From positions 1 through 40,484 of the forward strand of contig JBHHVU010000026.1 in the NCBI GenBank assembly GCA_046754465.1: a stretch of DNA of 40,484 nt. The letters run 5' to 3'. Positions 28,478-40,011 of the stretch are shown piece by piece. How positions within the stretch are numbered: the stretch's first letter is position 1; each line of letters begins with the position of its first letter. The position numbers and the translations under genes are program-made. The notes under the pieces are model-generated. The model was not told the DNA's origin. It saw nothing but the letters and a program-made list of their open reading frames with translations, and ran no database searches. Origin of the DNA: Nitrospinaceae bacterium. GTDB lineage: Bacteria > Nitrospinota > Nitrospinia > Nitrospinales > VA-1.

Positions 28478-29445
28478 TATTTGCGGTAGGCCCAGAAATG
28501 CGGCATCGGTTCCCCCGAACCGTACCGCCTGTATTTCAAAAGCGTGTCCAGGCCGTCGGCGGTCCTTTCGATATTACTCGGTTCACCGGGAAAATCGCCC
28601 CATCCCATCTCGTTTTTATGGTCGATGAGCCAGTGGATTCCTTTCTCGATGGAGGGCGTGTATTTTTCTTTTTTCCCGAACGTGTCCGAAACCAGCATCA
28701 GGTTTCTGCACGCGTCCATGGTGTGGTCCATATTTTCGTTGTCCCAGGAGCCGTCGGGCTCCTGTTCCCCCGTCAGGGAGTCGGCGGCTTCCAGGCAAAG
28801 CTTTTCCGCGTGATCGATCCCATCCATGAAATGGGCGGGCACCAGCGTATATTGCATGAGGTGGGCGGTGGTTTCGATGCCGGCCGGGTGGAAACTATCG
28901 TCTTTCCACAATCCAGAATCCCGCTGCCAGCGGGTGATGAATTGGTATCCGCGTTTTCTGGCGGCGTTGATTCTTTCTTCCCCTTGCTTTTCGTTGAGAA
29001 CCTGGTAGATGGTCAGAAAGCAGGTAACCGAACAGGTGGTGTCGAGGTGGGACCATTCCGGGTCGGTCCAGTGGCCGTCCTCCTCCTGGACGGAGAGCAC
29101 ATATTCCAGGGCCCGGCAGGTAGCTGCCTGGATAGAAGCATCTTTAAGAATCAGATTGGCCCGGCACAGTTTCAATCCCACAAACGCCGTGATCCACATG
29201 GAGGTATTTTTGGTATGCGATTCCTTGGCCCAGCCGCCGTCCGGATTCTGAACTTTTATGCATTCCAGGAACTCATTTTTTCGGTTCCGGGTGTCGCCCA
29301 GATGGAGGATACATCTCAGTATGTGTTCCAGAACTTCCATATCCTGTTTTCCCTCCAGCAGGCTCCATTCCCGCCTTTTGGATTCCAGGTATTCCCATTC
29401 CCTTTGAATCAAGCTGTCCAGTTTTTCGCGAAGAAGGGTTGTCAT
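28477..29445 (-). CDS. Prenyltransferase/squalene-cyclase repeat (alpha/alpha barrel) protein
   Basis: QW-like repeats QNPDGGW, QEEDGHW, QRDSGLW, QEPDGSW and KNEMGW. No DxDD motif seen. Confidence 0.8.
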   Translation of the reverse strand: MTTLLREKLDSLIQREWEYLESKRREWSLLEGKQDMEVLEHILRCILHLGDTRNRKNEFLECIKVQNPDGGWAKESHTKNTSMWITAFVGLKLCRANLILKDASIQAATCRALEYVLSVQEEDGHWTDPEWSHLDTTCSVTCFLTIYQVLNEKQGEERINAARKRGYQFITRWQRDSGLWKDDSFHPAGIETTAHLMQYTLVPAHFMDGIDHAEKLCLEAADSLTGEQEPDGSWDNENMDHTMDACRNLMLVSDTFGKKEKYTPSIEKGIHWLIDHKNEMGWGDFPGEPSNIERTADGLDTLLKYRRYGSGEPMPHFWAYRK

Positions 29446-29568
29446 GGTTTCATGCTATCCATTAAATAAAGATGCCCCTTGGGGTTATCCCATCCCCTGG
29501 GGTCTTAACTTTTTGTGAATCGAGAATAAATTAATTCCCGGCCGGACCTGAACTTTGCTGTAACCTGG

Positions 29569-29597
29569 ATTATATGATGCGTTGGTTGATATCTCAA
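29569..29597 (-). promoter_or_regulatory. Sigma70 promoter upstream of the prenyltransferase-repeat gene
   Basis: Minus strand: TTGAGA (29597-29592), 17 nt, TATAAT (29574-29569). Confidence 0.7.
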
Positions 29598-29703
29598 CAT
29601 CTATCCCCGCAACGCCGGGATGGATTTCAGGTCCATCCGTTTCCTCAGCGGGGATGCCGCCGGAAATACCGGGTTTGTCGGAAAGATTGAGGCCCGGCCC
29701 GGT

Positions 29704-31071
29704 TTATTCCACGACTTCCGCAAATTTTTTGGCGATCCATCCCCATTTGCCCGCCGAGTATTCCACTTTGTACCAGCCGTCATCTTGAGTGATCAGTGGA
29801 ATCAGGGAGCCTTTTTTTAATTTGGAGAGGACCCGGGCTTGGGGGGAGGGTTGTTCCCGCACTCTCAGGGGGTCTTTTTGAGTGATTATCCGGACCTTTC
29901 GCGCGGTCATGGAACTTTCTTTTCCGGATTGGGCTTCCATTTGCTCCGCCAGGGTTTCCGGGTTGGGAAAAAGAGGGACTCCGCTGGGGGGTTTAGGTTG
30001 AGGGTGTTTCCCGATTTCAATTTGTTGTTGGGCACTCTGCAAAACCTCTTTGGGCTGTTCGGGAATGGATGGTTGAGGTTCCTCTTTCTGTAAGGGTTTT
30101 TCCTGCAGGGTGGTTTCCCTTATCGGTTCTTCCTTGGCGGCGGTTTTTCCCATCTTTACCGGTTCTTCCTCGGCAGTGGTTTCACCAGAGGGTATTTCCA
30201 GGGGGAAAATTTCTTGACCCGGTTTCCCGCTCATTTTCTCTGGAGGGGCGGTTTCACTGAATCCTTCGGGTCCGCCGGCCGGGGGTTCCCCAGGTTCCTC
30301 CGTCCCGGCCGATTTCATTCCCAACATCTCCTGGACATTTTCCCTGGTAACGCCGTCCTGCGCGGCCGGTTCTTCGGAAGAAGCGAACCCACTATCCATG
30401 GCGGATTCCCGCGAGGCTGCCGGTAGCTCCGGTTCCGGCGGTCTCATGCTCTCGATCATGGACCGCGCCTCGTCCGAGTTTTTGGGGCTGTCCGGGTATC
30501 GTTCGAGGAAACCCTGGTAAGCTTCCAGGGTATGAGTCCGTTTGACCTCTTCAAAGACCCTGTCTTCCAGGTCTTCGATCAGAAAGCCGATTTTTTCTTT
30601 TTCTCTCGGTTCGGCCAGGTTCTGGGCCCGTTTCAGGTAATCCACCGCGCCATCGTAATCCCTGGCTTCCTTGAGCAAGGTGGATTTTAATTTGAAAACG
30701 CGGATGAGGTTTTTTTTGATTTTGTTGTCATTGGGTTCCAGGGACCGTGCGGTTTCAAATTCCGCGATGGCGGGGTCCAGTTGATCGTCCGCATAGTAAA
30801 CCAGTCCCAAATTATTATGGGCTTCAAAAGAGCGTGGGAATTTTTGCAGGAATTGTTTCCAAACGTCTATAGCGGCCTTGATCCGGTTGTTTTTTTGACG
30901 GAAAAGGGCTCGTTCATATAACTCCCGGTCGGCCCGGGAAATGCTGTCCGGCGGATTCTCAAAGTAAGGGGCTTCGAAATAGGAGTTGATGGACGTGGCG
31001 GGTCCGGCGCAGGCCCCAACCCAGAGAAAGGATGCCGCCAAAAGCACGATTTTTAAGAGTTTGGTTCTCAT
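29704..31071 (-). CDS. Lipoprotein with TPRs, an acidic Pro-rich linker and a C-terminal bacterial SH3 domain
   Basis: Lipobox VGAC, TPR (AHNNLGLVYY) and SH3_3-like LRVREQPS...LKKG...GWYKVEY...GWI. Confidence 0.8.
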   Translation of the reverse strand: MRTKLLKIVLLAASFLWVGACAGPATSINSYFEAPYFENPPDSISRADRELYERALFRQKNNRIKAAIDVWKQFLQKFPRSFEAHNNLGLVYYADDQLDPAIAEFETARSLEPNDNKIKKNLIRVFKLKSTLLKEARDYDGAVDYLKRAQNLAEPREKEKIGFLIEDLEDRVFEEVKRTHTLEAYQGFLERYPDSPKNSDEARSMIESMRPPEPELPAASRESAMDSGFASSEEPAAQDGVTRENVQEMLGMKSAGTEEPGEPPAGGPEGFSETAPPEKMSGKPGQEIFPLEIPSGETTAEEEPVKMGKTAAKEEPIRETTLQEKPLQKEEPQPSIPEQPKEVLQSAQQQIEIGKHPQPKPPSGVPLFPNPETLAEQMEAQSGKESSMTARKVRIITQKDPLRVREQPSPQARVLSKLKKGSLIPLITQDDGWYKVEYSAGKWGWIAKKFAEVVE

Positions 31072-31146
31072 GGTTTAAATATTACTCTTTTTTGATTTTA
31101 GGTCAATATCTCTTGACTTGGGGGGAAAACTGCCTAATTCTATGTA

Positions 31147-31236
31147 CTTCACTAGGGGCGTTGATCCAAACTGAGAGTTCCGCAAAGGATGACCCTTTGA
31201 ACCTGATCTGGGCAATACCAGCGAAGGGAAGTGAAG
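31147..31236 (+). ncRNA. TPP (thiamine pyrophosphate) riboswitch aptamer
   Basis: P1 CTTCACT/AGTGAAG encloses AGGGG..CTGAGA..ACCCTTTGAACCTGATCTGGGCAATACCAGCGAAGGGA. It lies upstream of thi genes. Confidence 0.95.
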
Positions 31237-31474
31237 CAACCTGTTTGACCTGGTCTTTATTTCATAGGTGGAGATGGTTTGAGCGGGATTGCGGCCCTTC
31301 GGTTTACCCCATCCTCGAAATATGATCAACGGATCCCCCCTTGCGGTTGTCATTAGCATTAGAATGTAAAGTTATAATCGGGTGATTGGCGGAATTTCTT
31401 GAATGAGAGAGGTGTTTTCCGCCTGACCGGTATGTGGACCCTGCGCCGGATTTCTTCCACCCGGCCGGGCTACG

Positions 31475-31508
31475 TCCTCCGGTCCATCCGATAGCGGAGG
31501 GGTTTTTT
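31475..31508 (+). promoter_or_regulatory. RBS-sequestering / terminator-like hairpin at the thiS start
   Basis: CCTCCG (31476-81) pairs with CGGAGG (31495-31500, the RBS). A T6 run follows and overlaps the TTG start. Confidence 0.55.
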
Positions 31509-31710
31509 GCGGATCATCATCAACGGAAAAGAACGGGAATTTCCATCCCTCCAGAACCTCACGGAACTGTTGCGGGAACTGGAAATCTCGTCTCCCCACT
31601 TCGCGGTGGCGGTCAACCACCAGGTGGTCCCAAAATCCCGGTACCAGGAGACGGCGATCCGGGAAGGGGACAAGATAGAGATCGTTCACGCGGTGGGCGG
31701 CGGGTTGTAA
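31507..31710 (+). CDS. thiS: Sulfur carrier protein ThiS
   Basis: [30 protein letters not shown] start with GGAGG RBS. There is one residue after the GG motif. Confidence 0.93.
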   Translation: MRIIINGKEREFPSLQNLTELLRELEISSPHFAVAVNHQVVPKSRYQETAIREGDKIEIVHAVGGGL

Positions 31711-31747
31711 CCCAGTGGAAGAATCGTTTCAGGAAAGACAGATACCC

Positions 31748-32548
31748 ATGGGAAATACTATCGTGAATACCGAAGAAAAAAGCCTTTTGAAAATTGGTGA
31801 CAAAACCCTGAAATCCAGGCTCATTGTCGGAACGGGAAAATACGCGTCTTTCGATCAGATGCGCATGGCCATAGAAATTTCGGGGGCGGATGTGGTGACC
31901 GTCGCGGTTCGCCGGATCGAATTGGACAAAAGCAAGGAATCGCTTCTCAATTACCTCGACCCGGAAAAATATACCTTCCTGCCCAACACGGCGGGGTGTT
32001 ACACGGTCAAGGAAGCCGTGATGACCTGCCAGCTCGCGCGGGAAGCCGGACTGGGCAACTTTGTCAAGGTGGAGGTCATCGGTGACGAAAAGACGCTCTT
32101 CCCCGATAACGAGGCGACCCTGGAAGCTTCCCAGTTGCTCATTAAGGACGGGTTCCAGGTTCTGCCCTATTGCATCGACGATGTGGTATTGTGCCGCAAA
32201 CTGGAAGAGATGGGGTGCGTGGCGGTGATGCCTCTTGCCGCCCCGATTGGATCGGGTTTGGGGATCCGCAATCCCTACAACGTGAAATTGATCCTCGAAG
32301 CGGTCCGGGTTCCCGTCATCATCGATGCGGGTGTGGGCACCGCGTCGGATGCCGGGCGTGCCATGGAGCTGGGGGTGGACGGTTTGTTGATGAACACCGC
32401 CATCGCCGGGGCCAAGGATCCCTTGAAAATGGCGCGTGCCATGAAACTCGCTGTCGAAAGCGGAAGACTGGCGTATGAGTCCGGGAGAATCCCCAAAAAA
32501 TTGTACGCTTCCGCCAGCAGCCCCCTGGATGGGTTAATCGATATTTGA
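31748..32548 (+). CDS. thiG: Thiazole synthase
   Basis: [37 protein letters not shown] and [10 protein letters not shown] motifs. The start could be 31715, 31748 or 31763. Confidence 0.95.
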   Translation: MGNTIVNTEEKSLLKIGDKTLKSRLIVGTGKYASFDQMRMAIEISGADVVTVAVRRIELDKSKESLLNYLDPEKYTFLPNTAGCYTVKEAVMTCQLAREAGLGNFVKVEVIGDEKTLFPDNEATLEASQLLIKDGFQVLPYCIDDVVLCRKLEEMGCVAVMPLAAPIGSGLGIRNPYNVKLILEAVRVPVIIDAGVGTASDAGRAMELGVDGLLMNTAIAGAKDPLKMARAMKLAVESGRLAYESGRIPKKLYASASSPLDGLIDI

Positions 32549-32581
32549 GGCCGCAAGGACCCCGGGTTCCAGTGACGAAAT

Positions 32582-35208
<2,627 letters not shown>

Positions 35209-35276
35209 ATTCGGGGTCAATTCGGGGTCAGGCTTTGAATCTTGGAATTTTGGTTCATTAAGGTTGTTGGGATAGG

Positions 35277-35395
35277 ACCTATCCCCCCGGGCGTGGCCCG
35301 GGCGAAGTGCCTCTGCGGGCAATTTGTCATACTTTATATGGCGAACCTAAGGAAGCTGACAATGATGCCATGGCCTATTCCCTCCCCGTGGGGGG
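35277..35395 (-). repeat. Type-B CATATAA hairpin repeat unit plus the start of a second unit
   Basis: Reverse complement: CCCCCACGGGGAGGGAATAGGCCATGGCATCATTGTCAGC...GTTCGCCATATAAAGTATGACAA...GCAGAGGCACTTCGC, then CCGGGC-CAC-GCCCGG-GGGGATAGGTC. Confidence 0.88.
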
Positions 35396-35423
35396 TTGAC
35401 AATTCCGGGATTAGAAATAAAAT
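35396..35423 (+). promoter_or_regulatory. Sigma70 promoter of tRNA-Val
   Basis: TTGACA (35396-35401), 16 nt, TAAAAT (35418-35423). A 16-bp spacer is typical of stable-RNA promoters. Confidence 0.75.
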
Positions 35424-35444
35424 GAGCTCAATCGAAATGGTTTC

Positions 35445-35516
35445 AGGCACGTAGCTCAGGGGTAGAGTACTTGCTTGACATGCAAGGGGTCGGCGGTTCG
35501 AACCCGCCCGTGCCTA
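35445..35516 (+). tRNA. tRNA-Val(GAC)
   Basis: AGGCACG/CGTGCCT acceptor stem, anticodon arm CTTGC-TTGACAT-GCAAG and T arm GGCGG-TTCGAAC-CCGCC. CCA is not encoded. Confidence 0.95.
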
Positions 35517-35572
35517 TAATTTTTCAGGGATCTTCCAGGAGCTGTTTGGAATATATTCACGCAAACTCCGGG

Positions 35573-35608
35573 AATGGCATCACGCGGTTCGGGGTGATGC
35601 CATTTTTT
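35573..35608 (+). terminator. Rho-independent terminator after tRNA-Val
   Basis: 11-bp stem AATGGCATCAC/GTGATGCCATT running into a T tract. Confidence 0.8.
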
Positions 35609-35735
35609 GGAGGGTTGGCCTTCCTTGAATGAAATCCCCTTACATTTTTCCAGGTGATTTTATGGCGTTCGGAGTTGCGGATTGCCTTAGGGCCGCATGA
35701 AAAGCGCCCTGCCTTTTGAAGCGCGGGAACCGGTA

Positions 35736-37499
35736 ATGAACAAACAAACTCAAAAATACGATTTGGAGACGATCAGGCATAGCACCGCCCATCTCATGGC
35801 TCAAGCGGTGAAGCAGCTCTTTCCCGAGACCAAGGTGACGATCGGACCCGTGATCGAGGATGGATTTTATTACGATTTTTACAGGCAGACGCCATTTGTG
35901 CCGGAAGACATCGAGAAAATCGAGGCGCGAATGAAGGAGATCGCCAAAAAAGACATCCAGATCGTCCGGCGGGAGGTCATGCGGGACGAGGCGGTAAAGA
36001 TGTTCGGGGAGATGGATGAATCGTTCAAAAAGGAAATCATCGAGGCCATCGATTCCAAGGACCCCATTTCGATTTATACGCAGGGAGAGTTTACGGACCT
36101 GTGCCGCGGTCCGCACGTGGCTTCCACTGGCGCGTTAAAGGCTTTCAAGCTGCTGCACACCTCGGCGGCCTACTGGCGCGGGGACGAACGCAACGCGGTC
36201 CTGCAAAGAATTTACGGGACCGCCTGGCATACGGAAAAGGAACTCCGGCTTTATCTCAAACGGCTGGAGGAAGCCAAGAAACGGGATCACCGCAAACTCG
36301 GCAAGGAGCTGGACCTGTTTTCGGTCAGCGAGGCCATCGGCCCCGGCCTCATCCTGTGGCATCCCAAGGGCGCCAGGATTCGGGGCCTGATCGAGGATTT
36401 CTGGAAAAAGGAGCATTACAAAAACGGCTACGAGATGGTGTATACGCCGCACTCGGCCAAGGTGGACTTGTGGAAAGTCAGCGGGCACATGGATTTTTAC
36501 AAGGAAAACATCTTCTCGCCCATGGATATCGAGGGCAAGGAGTATGTCATGAAACCCATGAATTGTCCGTTTCATATTCAGATTTACCAGAGCCGGTTGC
36601 GGAGCTACCGCGACCTGCCCATCCGGTTCGGGGAATTCGGCACGGTTTACCGGTATGAACGATCGGGGGTGCTGCACGGCCTGCTCCGGGTCCGCGGATT
36701 CACCCAGGACGATGCGCACCTGTTTTGCCGTCCCAGCCAGATCGAGGAGGAGGTCGTCAAGGTTCTCGATCTGATCCTTTTTATTTTGCGGGCGTTCGGG
36801 TTTAAGGAGTACAAGGTTTACCTGAGCACCCAGCCGGATAAATTCGTCGGCGCGCAGTCTGACTGGGATAAGGCCACGGACGCCCTCAAGTCGGCTTTGG
36901 AGAAGGCCCGGCTGGATTACGAAATCGATCCTGGGGAAGGAGTTTTTTACGGACCCAAGATCGACATCAAGATCAGGGACAGTTTGAACCGGTACTGGCA
37001 GGTTTCCACGGTTCAGGTCGATTTCAATCTTCCACAACGGTTTGGCATCAGCTATATTGAGGAGGACGGCCAGCGGCACCAGCCGATCATGATCCACCGG
37101 GCGTTGATGGGGTCGCTGGAGCGGTTTTTCGGCTGTCTGATTGAGCATTATGGAGGGGCTTTCCCCACGTGGCTCGCCCCGACCCAGGTGATTCTTCTGC
37201 CGATTACCGACGCCCAACATCCCTACGCGGAGGAAGTATCCCGGCGGCTTAACACCCGGGAAATCCGCACGGAAAAAGACTTGCGAAATGAAAAAATTGG
37301 GTTCAAGATTAGGGAAGCCCAGTTGCAAAAGATCCCCTATATGGTTATTTTAGGGGATAAGGAAGTCGAGGCCAAAACCCTGGCCGTGAGGAAACGAAAC
37401 TCCAGGGAAACGCGTACATTGAATTTAGAATCCTTTCTTGATGAATTGAATACCCTGATTCAGGAAAAGACAATCGATTCAATTCATCCGCAACCCTAA
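35736..37499 (+). CDS. thrS: Threonine--tRNA ligase (short form, no N-terminal TGS domain)
   Basis: [48 protein letters not shown] and IHRA motifs. Start at 35736 or 35697. Confidence 0.97.
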   Translation: MNKQTQKYDLETIRHSTAHLMAQAVKQLFPETKVTIGPVIEDGFYYDFYRQTPFVPEDIEKIEARMKEIAKKDIQIVRREVMRDEAVKMFGEMDESFKKEIIEAIDSKDPISIYTQGEFTDLCRGPHVASTGALKAFKLLHTSAAYWRGDERNAVLQRIYGTAWHTEKELRLYLKRLEEAKKRDHRKLGKELDLFSVSEAIGPGLILWHPKGARIRGLIEDFWKKEHYKNGYEMVYTPHSAKVDLWKVSGHMDFYKENIFSPMDIEGKEYVMKPMNCPFHIQIYQSRLRSYRDLPIRFGEFGTVYRYERSGVLHGLLRVRGFTQDDAHLFCRPSQIEEEVVKVLDLILFILRAFGFKEYKVYLSTQPDKFVGAQSDWDKATDALKSALEKARLDYEIDPGEGVFYGPKIDIKIRDSLNRYWQVSTVQVDFNLPQRFGISYIEEDGQRHQPIMIHRALMGSLERFFGCLIEHYGGAFPTWLAPTQVILLPITDAQHPYAEEVSRRLNTREIRTEKDLRNEKIGFKIREAQLQKIPYMVILGDKEVEAKTLAVRKRNSRETRTLNLESFLDELNTLIQEKTIDSIHPQP

Positions 37500-37516
37500 C
37501 AGAGGAGATCCAATTA

Positions 37517-38044
37517 ATTAACAAGAAACAGCGCATCAACAAAATGATCCGAGTAAAAGAAGTGAGTGTGATCAGTGACAAGGGGGAGCAAATGGGAATA
37601 TTCCCAACCGAGGAGGCCATCCAAATCGCCCAGGAGCAAAGCCTGGATCTGGTGGAGGTCGCACCCACGGCCACCCCGCCCGTTTGCCGGATCATGGATT
37701 ACGGCAAATTTAAATACCGGCAAAGCAAGCGGGCTCACGAAGCCAAAAAAAACCAGAAAGTCGTTCACTTGAAGGAAGTGAAGCTGCGTCCCAATACGGA
37801 CCAGCACGATTTCGATTTCAAGTTGAAACATGTTCTCAGGTTTCTGGAAGCCGGTGACAAGGTGAAGGTAGTGATATTTTTCAAGGGACGCGAAATTGTC
37901 CACCGCGAAAACGGGCAACGGGTTCTTGAACGCATCGCCGCCGCCACCGAGGAAGCCGCGATAATGGAGACTGCCCCCAAACCCGAAGGGCGGACCCAAA
38001 TGATGATCCTGGCCCCAAAAAACAAAAAGAAAGTTATCGGGTAA
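37517..38044 (+). CDS. infC: Translation initiation factor IF-3 (ATT start)
   Basis: [20 protein letters not shown] and KEVKLRP motifs. In-frame ATT at 37517 lies 9 nt after GAGGAG and restores the conserved RIN..IR motif. Confidence 0.93.
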   Translation: MNKKQRINKMIRVKEVSVISDKGEQMGIFPTEEAIQIAQEQSLDLVEVAPTATPPVCRIMDYGKFKYRQSKRAHEAKKNQKVVHLKEVKLRPNTDQHDFDFKLKHVLRFLEAGDKVKVVIFFKGREIVHRENGQRVLERIAAATEEAAIMETAPKPEGRTQMMILAPKNKKKVIG

Positions 38045-38085
38045 AATCTGTTGGCAAGGCCATACCCGCGTGCAGGAGAAATTTC

Positions 38086-38280
38086 ATGCCCAAAATGAAA
38101 ACAAACAGAGGCGCCGCAAAAAGGTTCAGGAAAACCGGCACCGGAAAAATTAAATTCAACCGTGCGTTTACCAGTCACATCCTGACCACCAAAACCACCA
38201 AGAGAAAAAGGAATTTCAGAAGAAGCCGGATCATGTCGCCCGGAGACGCCAGGCGATCCAGAGTTTTGCTTCCTTACTGA
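38086..38280 (+). CDS. rpmI: 50S ribosomal protein L35
   Basis: [22 protein letters not shown] and LLPY. Confidence 0.97.
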   Translation: MPKMKTNRGAAKRFRKTGTGKIKFNRAFTSHILTTKTTKRKRNFRRSRIMSPGDARRSRVLLPY

Positions 38281-38321
38281 CCTCTATTACGATTCTAATA
38301 AGATAAAACAGGAGAAAACGA

Positions 38322-38678
38322 ATGCCGCGAGCAGTGAATGGAACCCTTTCCCGAAGGAGAAGAAAGAAAATACTCGGCATGGCCAAAGGTTACCGGAGTA
38401 TCCGCAGCCGGGCCTTCCGCAAGGCCAGGGAAGCGGTGGAAAAAGGCCTGTCTTACGCGTATCGGGACCGCCGGGTCCGGAAACGGGATTTCCGTCGGCT
38501 TTGGATCGCCCGGATCAATGCGGCGGTGCGGGCGGAAGGGTTGACCTACAGCAAATTCATGCACGGTTTGAAACTGGCGAACATCGACCTGGACCGCAAA
38601 GTCCTGTCGGACCTTGCGATCCACCACGAGGATACGTTCAAAACCCTGGCCAAAACCGCCCAGGCCCAATTGAACTAG
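38322..38678 (+). CDS. rplT: 50S ribosomal protein L20
   Basis: AKGY, YAYRDR..RKRDFRRLWIARINAA, YSKF and LDRKVLSDLA. Confidence 0.97.
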   Translation: MPRAVNGTLSRRRRKKILGMAKGYRSIRSRAFRKAREAVEKGLSYAYRDRRVRKRDFRRLWIARINAAVRAEGLTYSKFMHGLKLANIDLDRKVLSDLAIHHEDTFKTLAKTAQAQLN

Positions 38679-38757
38679 TCATTTGAAAAAGGCCGGCGGG
38701 GAACCCGCCGCCGCCTTCCCGGACCGTTCTTCCACCTTTCATTTTGTCTCCCCTTAT

Positions 38758-39774
38758 ATGATCGAGGAAATTCGACAGCATCGGCAGGATTTCGATGCGC
38801 GCCTTGGGGGGTGCTCCACCCCCGATCAGCTGAACCAGCTGCGCATCGAATTTCTGGGGAAAAAGGGCTGCGTGTCCCAGATCATGAAAGGGCTGCGCGG
38901 CCTGCCTCCCGAGGAAAGGCCCGTCCTGGGAAAACACATCAACGAGCTCAAGGAACATATCGAGCTGCTCCTCAACGAGAAGAGCCTGGACCTGGAAAAA
39001 AAATCCCCGGGCGAGTCCACTCCCCACGGTAACTTTGATTTCAGCCTTCCCGGGAAAAAAGAGCCCGCCGGGTCCTTGCATCCCATCACCCAGGTTCTGG
39101 ATGAGATCACCTCGATCTTTTTCAGCTTGGGATTTCGTGTGGAAGAAGGTCCGGAAATCGAGACCGACTACTATAACTTCGAGGCGTTGAATATCCCCAA
39201 GGACCACCCGGCGCGGGATATGCAGGATACCTTCTATGTCGAGGGGGATACGGTGTTGCGGACACATACGTCGCCGGTCCAGATCCACGTCATGGAAAAC
39301 CAGCCGCCGCCATTGAGGATCATCGCCCCCGGCAAGGTCTACCGTTGCGACTCGGATATTTCCCACACCCCCATGTTCCATCAGATCGAAGGCCTGATGG
39401 TGGATGAAAACGTATCCTTCAGCCACCTCAAGGGGATCATGAACGTCCTCCTCCACCAGGTTTTCGGCGAAAAAACCCCGGTGCGGTTCCGGCCCAGTTT
39501 CTTTCCTTTTACCTGTCCCAGCGCGGAGGTGGACATTCAGTGCGTCATTTGTTCCGGAAAAGGATGCCGGGTGTGCTCTCAGTCGGGGTGGCTGGAAATT
39601 CTCGGCGCCGGCATGGTGGACCCGGCGGTGTTCCGGTTCGTGGATTACGATCCAGAAAAATGGACGGGGTTCGCCTTCGGCCTGGGCATCGAGCGGATCG
39701 CCATGCTGAAATACGGCATCAACGACATCCGCCTGTTTTTTGAAAACGACCTCCGGTTCCTCAAACAATTCTAG
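38758..39774 (+). CDS. pheS: Phenylalanine--tRNA ligase alpha subunit
   Basis: LGKKG, GSLHPI, NFEALN...HPARDMQDTFY, LRTHTSPVQ, FHQIEG, FPFT.PS and GFAFGLGIER motifs. ATG 38758 is preferred. Confidence 0.97.
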   Translation: MIEEIRQHRQDFDARLGGCSTPDQLNQLRIEFLGKKGCVSQIMKGLRGLPPEERPVLGKHINELKEHIELLLNEKSLDLEKKSPGESTPHGNFDFSLPGKKEPAGSLHPITQVLDEITSIFFSLGFRVEEGPEIETDYYNFEALNIPKDHPARDMQDTFYVEGDTVLRTHTSPVQIHVMENQPPPLRIIAPGKVYRCDSDISHTPMFHQIEGLMVDENVSFSHLKGIMNVLLHQVFGEKTPVRFRPSFFPFTCPSAEVDIQCVICSGKGCRVCSQSGWLEILGAGMVDPAVFRFVDYDPEKWTGFAFGLGIERIAMLKYGINDIRLFFENDLRFLKQF

Positions 39775-39890
39775 CCGGGAAACCCGGCGGGCCGATCGGC
39801 CAGGCGTTATGGGGATAGCAATAATCGCTGGATGGTGAGACCGGATATTGCATGAATCGAATTATTTCCGGGCCGTGAAATCCGGTGGAG

Positions 39891-39928
39891 ACCCTCACCC
39901 CAACCCTCTCCCACCCAAGGGAGAGGGA
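39891..39928. repeat. CCCTCACCC...CCCTCTCCC/GGGAGAGGG palindromic extragenic element
   Basis: 9-bp perfect stem at 39904-39912/39919-39927, preceded by ACCCTCACCCCAA. Confidence 0.6.
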
Positions 39929-39972
39929 GACAAAATATTCCTTCTCTCCGTGGACCGTTGCATGAGTTGAGG

Positions 39973-40000
39973 GTACGGGCACGGCATGCCGTGCCCGCAC
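39973..40000. repeat. REP-like perfect palindrome
   Basis: CGGGCACGGCATGCCGTGCCCG (39976-39997) is a perfect 22-bp palindrome flanked by GTA...CAC. Confidence 0.65.
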
Positions 40001-40011
40001 GCTGGTTGGGG

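Noticed and set aside
28477..29445. Squalene-hopene cyclase
   Set aside because: It is about half the expected length and lacks the catalytic DxDD motif.
35445..35700. Genomic island or prophage integrated at tRNA-Val (or tRNA-Gln)
   Set aside because: No integrase and no duplicated tRNA 3' end were seen, and housekeeping genes flank both tRNAs.
35609..35735. T-box riboswitch upstream of thrS
   Set aside because: No T-box consensus (GGTGGNACCGCG) is seen, and the region is too short.
38679..38757. pheM-like attenuator before pheS
   Set aside because: A GC hairpin and three in-frame Phe codons are present, but there is no separate leader peptide with a stop and no T-tailed terminator.
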